From Mustelus asterias (taxonomy: Eukaryota): 64,000 nucleotides of DNA. Below are positions 59,950 through 64,000 of the stretch, piece by piece. The stretch lies in NCBI RefSeq assembly GCF_964213995.1, contig NW_027590151.1:930001-994000 (forward strand), in the 5' to 3' direction. The translations under genes were made by a program, and so were the position numbers. Numbering within the stretch: the stretch's first letter is position 1; each line of letters starts with the position of its first letter. The notes beneath the pieces are model-generated. The model did no database searches. It saw only the letters and a program-made list of their open reading frames with translations, and was not told the origin of the DNA.

Positions 59950-61560
59950 TCGGTCAAGTATCGCCATCGCAAACCAGATGTCTCGTTAATCAGGGCACAT
60001 GTTTTTTCCTGTGACCACGGCCTCAAAAGGACCCTTCCAATGAAATCCTAGTCCTCTTTTGTCTGTGATTAGTTTCACCATTGCCTTATCTCCTGGTGCA
60101 GATATAACAGGAGCATTTTCTCCCACCAGTTTAGTCCAGTCTCTGTGCTGTTGCTGACTGATTACCTGCTTTTTGAGAGGATGCAAACGATCTATTGAGT
60201 CCCTCATACATTGAAATACTGCCCCTTGGCATATTTCAAGTTCTGCTCCACCTGTGATTTCTTCCATTGTGAAACGCATTGCCCTGCCTGTTATCAATTC
60301 CAAAGGGGTTAATCCTGTTCCATGAGTCAAAGTTTCCTGTTCCATTGCAGTCAAAGCCCGCAACCAATTGTTTCCTTTTTTTCTAAAATAGCCTTAGTTA
60401 CACTGTCCATCAGTGTTCGGTTCATACGTTCTACCATCCCTAAGCCGTGAGGATGTTATGGTGTTTGAAACATTTACTTTACTCCTGACACTCAACAGAC
60501 GTCCTTTAAAACCCGTCTTGTGAAGTGGGTTACCTGATCTGAATCTAATTGAAGAGGCATTCCCCACCTCCGTATTATTTCATTACCAATATCAGAGTTA
60601 AACTTCAGCTCATCGCATAAACGGATCTACAATTACCAAACAATATGTCCTACCTTGTTCCCCTGGCGAAAGCCCCGTAAAATCTATTTGCAAATTCCCC
60701 CATGATCCTTTGTCTCGTGGCCGGCTTCCCATTGTAAGCCTGCAGAGACGGCCTGTCTCCACTGGGCCTCACTGCAGACACCTCTCACAAAACTTCGCCA
60801 CGTCTGTTTCCAACTGCTTCCACCACTAACATTCTCTTAAAAAATTAAACATTTTCTCTCTGCCCGTATGTGCTAATCCATGGTACATTTTCAGCAACGA
60901 TTACTGTATTACCTCGGGGGACTATTATATTTCCTTCCCTTCCCCATTGTCCATCATGATCTATCTGTCCTCCGTCTTTCTCCCATATTTCCTTTTCTTC
61001 CACATCTGCTTGTTCCTGCTCCTTTTTGACATCAGCTGAAGTAGTGTTGTTCCACACTACTACAGCTGCCAATCCTGTAGCCTGCTTCCATTCTCAATCC
61101 AGTTCCACTAAATCCTTCGGCGCTTTACCAACGAAGCTGTATTCTTTCTGTGCCTGATTCGTAATTTTCCGGTAGACTTGGACTTTAATTACTGCTGCTT
61201 CTAGGGGGCTGTTAGTTGTTCGCAGTAAAGGTGTAAGTAAATCCTCATGTTGTCTGTATCCAACACTACAAATCACAAAGTCCCGTCTGCTCCAGGCTGC
61301 CATGCAATCATGAACTATTCCAAATGCATATCCACGGTCGGAATAAACATTGAGTCATTTTCCTTGCTCCATTATAAAACCTGAGCTAAAGCCAACAACC
61401 CTGTTACTTGGCTGAATTTTACCGGGGGATTTATTACACTGCAATCACCGCTCCCTTATCTTCTCGCACCGTCCATGCAGTGCAGAGTTCTCTGTTGACA
61501 TCCTTTCTTGCTCCATCTTTGTATAGGTTAATTGCCCCTTCTCCTACAAGTGGTTCCTCT
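59950..61560 (-). mobile_element. Decayed endogenous retrovirus pol (RNase H plus integrase)
   Basis: YSDRGYAFGIVHDCMAAWSRR, EAAVIKV, HGLAHTG, WGNLQIDFTG, WGMPLQLDSDQVTHFT, GMVERMNRTL, TGLTPLELITGRAM, WKGPFE in broken frames. Confidence 0.8.
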
Positions 61561-62689
61561 GCTCATCCTCTACTTGCTTCCTGAGTCACTTCCTCAACAT
61601 ACTCATGCTCCGTTCTGCACTGTCAATCTTTCCGTGGAATTCTCCCTTACATCTCTGCTGGTCTCCACATGCATGTCTCCTGGCAAAAGCTTTGCTTCCC
61701 CATTTGAACGTCGTCCAGTTTTCAATGATTTTGCGGGCGCGAGGGAGATTTTTCTTCCCCATCAGTGTGAGTGGCTCGGAAACACTTATTGCCCACGAGG
61801 CACACGCACATGCTCTTCTGCATCGATACATACCTCTGACAACTGAATCTAATTCGATGGAGGAATCCGCCACCAGTCTTAAGCTCTCCCCATGTCGTTG
61901 GCTCACTGCAGCTGCTTAGATCGCGTCATTCTCTTCACAGAAAATGTGGAAGGGTTTGGTGAGATCTGGCACCCGCAAAGCTGGAGTTCGCACCAAAGAC
62001 TGTTTTAATCTGAAAAAGCTTGTGCTTCTGCCTCTCTCCCTTCGACTCTCTCACAGCTTGCTCTTCGTCCCTTGGTCAAATCTTGCAAGGGCTTCACCAA
62101 TGCAACATGTTGTGGGAAATTATTTTAAGTGGCCTGATTAATTTAAAGACCTTTTCATTCAACATTTCATTTCACAAAAGGCAAAAAAGAAGTTTATTCA
62201 GTTCAATGAAATTTTTCAATTAAACTGGTTTTTATTAAAACATTGAAATGTTAGAATGAAAAACATTACCAATTAACATAATTCAGACAAACATACAATT
62301 AGGACAAGACAAATATCATTTTTGCAAAAATAAGAGACCAATAGTTCCACCGACACAGCTAATGCGCTAACAGGCTTTCACAAAAGATCTCAGATTTCAT
62401 GCCAAGAAAATGGAAGAGTAATGCTTCATTCTCAGATTAATCTGCCCAGCACATAATTAACAACAATTTTATTCATTAATTGATCCGTCAGTCTACTGAT
62501 AAAATGTTTTTCAATCAATAACTTTCTGACATCTTCAAATACATCTCTGTTAATCAGTCTGTTTTCTGGAAGTTCCCTCCCTAAAAATGGCTTCTTATGG
62601 TTCAGCATTTTCTTTAACCAATTTAAACCTTTTCCATTGAAGGCACCTTTATTTATTAGCTGAGAGCCAAGACAAAACATGTGGACATC

Positions 62690-64000
62690 TCTGGTACGTT
62701 ACCGGTGCCACATGATAGCGAGTTGAGGAACAGGGAGAGAGTGCAGTTAAACATGTGGTTGCAGGGATGGTGTAGGAGGGAGGGTTTCAGATACGTGGAT
62801 AATTGGAACAAATTCTGGGGAAGGTGAGACCTGTACAAACAAGACGGGGTGCAACTGAACCAGAGGGGCACCAATATCCTGGGAGGGAAATTTGCTACGG
62901 ATCTTCAGGGGGGTTTAAACTAATTTGTCAGGGGAGTGGGAAAAGGAGTTGTAGTCCAGAAGTCAGTGTTGAGGGTGCTGAGGTATTGGGGAAGGTATCA
63001 AGGTCAAGGGTGGGAACCGGTAGACAGGAGGTTGGGTTGAAGTGTGTCTACTTCAATGCAAGGAGCATCCGGAACAAAGTAGATGAACTTGGGGCGTGGA
63101 TTGGTACCTGGGACTACGATGTTGTGGCCATTACGGAGACGTGGGTAGAACAAGGACTGGAATGGTTGTTGGACGTTCCGGGGTATAGATGTTTCAGTAA
63201 GTGTAGGGAAGCTGGTAAAAGAGGTGGAGGAGTGGCATTGTGAATCAAGGATAGCCGAAAGGCTGCAGAAAGGCACTTCGAGGGCGATCTGCACATTGAG
63301 GTAATATGGGCTGAAGTTAGAAATAGGAAAGGAGCGGTCACGTTGTTAGGAGTTTACTATAGGCCCCCAAATAGTAATAGAGATGTGGAGGAAGAAATTG
63401 CTAAGCTGATTATGGATATGTGTGGGGGTCACAGGGTAGTTGTCATGGGGGACTTTAACTTTCCACAGATTGATTGGAACCTTTGTAGGTCAAATAGTTC
63501 GGATGGGGCAATATTTGTGCAGTGTGTGCAGGAGGGTTTCCTGACACAATATGTGTATCGGCTGACAAGAGGTGAGGCCACATTGGATTTGGTACTGGGA
63601 AATGAACCGGGCCAAGTGTTAGATTTGGTTGTGGGAGAGCACTTTGGAGATAGTGACCACAATTCGGTGTCTTTTGTTATTGCAATGGAGAGGGATAGGA
63701 CCGTACGGCAGGGCAAGGTTTATAATTGGGGGAGAGGTAATTATGATGCGATTAGGCAAGAATGAGGGGGCATAATATGGGAACAGAAACTGTCAGGGAA
63801 AGGCACTAATGAAAAGTGGAACTTTTTCAAGGAACAAATACTGGGTGTCCTTGATAGGTATGTCCCTGTCAGGCAGGGAGGAAATGGCCGAGTGAGGGAA
63901 CCATGGTTCACGAAAGAGGTGGAATTTCTTGTGAAAAGGAAGAGGGGAGCTTATGTAGGGATGAGGAAACAAGGTTCAGATGGCTCGATTGAGGGTTACA
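62690..64000 (+). mobile_element. CR1 family C: ORF1 3' end plus degenerate ORF2 endonuclease (runs off the window end)
   Basis: ..NILGGKFATDLQGGLN*; LKCVYFNARS, ITETW, YYRPP, MGDFN, SDH; in-frame stops. Confidence 0.9.

Noticed and set aside
14805-64000. TCR D, J or C segments, or germline-joined VJ
   Set aside because: I found no nonamer-12-heptamer followed by FGxG. The CACTGTG/CACAGTG hits I examined lie in SINE or LINE sequence, and both intact V segments keep their RSS. The scan was by eye only.

Overview
Vertebrate genomic DNA, almost certainly from a cartilaginous fish (shark-type CR1 LINEs, HE1-like tRNA-derived SINEs, MEKPWKC-type C2H2 zinc-finger genes, a two-exon GPR139/142-like GPCR). 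The window is repeat-rich. It carries T-cell receptor alpha/delta-type V segments: two intact with leader exon and 23-bp-spacer RSS, plus two clear and one possible pseudogene; no J or C segment was seen. Between them lie a 13-finger ZNF gene and two ZNF pseudogenes, tRNA genes and pseudogenes, EMC4 exons 1-3, a GPCR gene, a decayed retroviral pol, a Copia-like LTR remnant, Penelope-derived hammerhead-bearing insertions and two minisatellites. An 8.9-kb block (16833-25713) recurs at 37181-46063. The strongest unexplained signal is at the four CR1 ORF1/ORF2 junctions, from three diverged families. Each ends ORF1 with an in-phase U_UUA_AAC slippery heptamer directly before the stop, with ORF2 in the -1 frame. 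In two families ORF2 has no AUG before the endonuclease motif, which suggests programmed -1 frameshifting. All calls were made by eye, without database searches.
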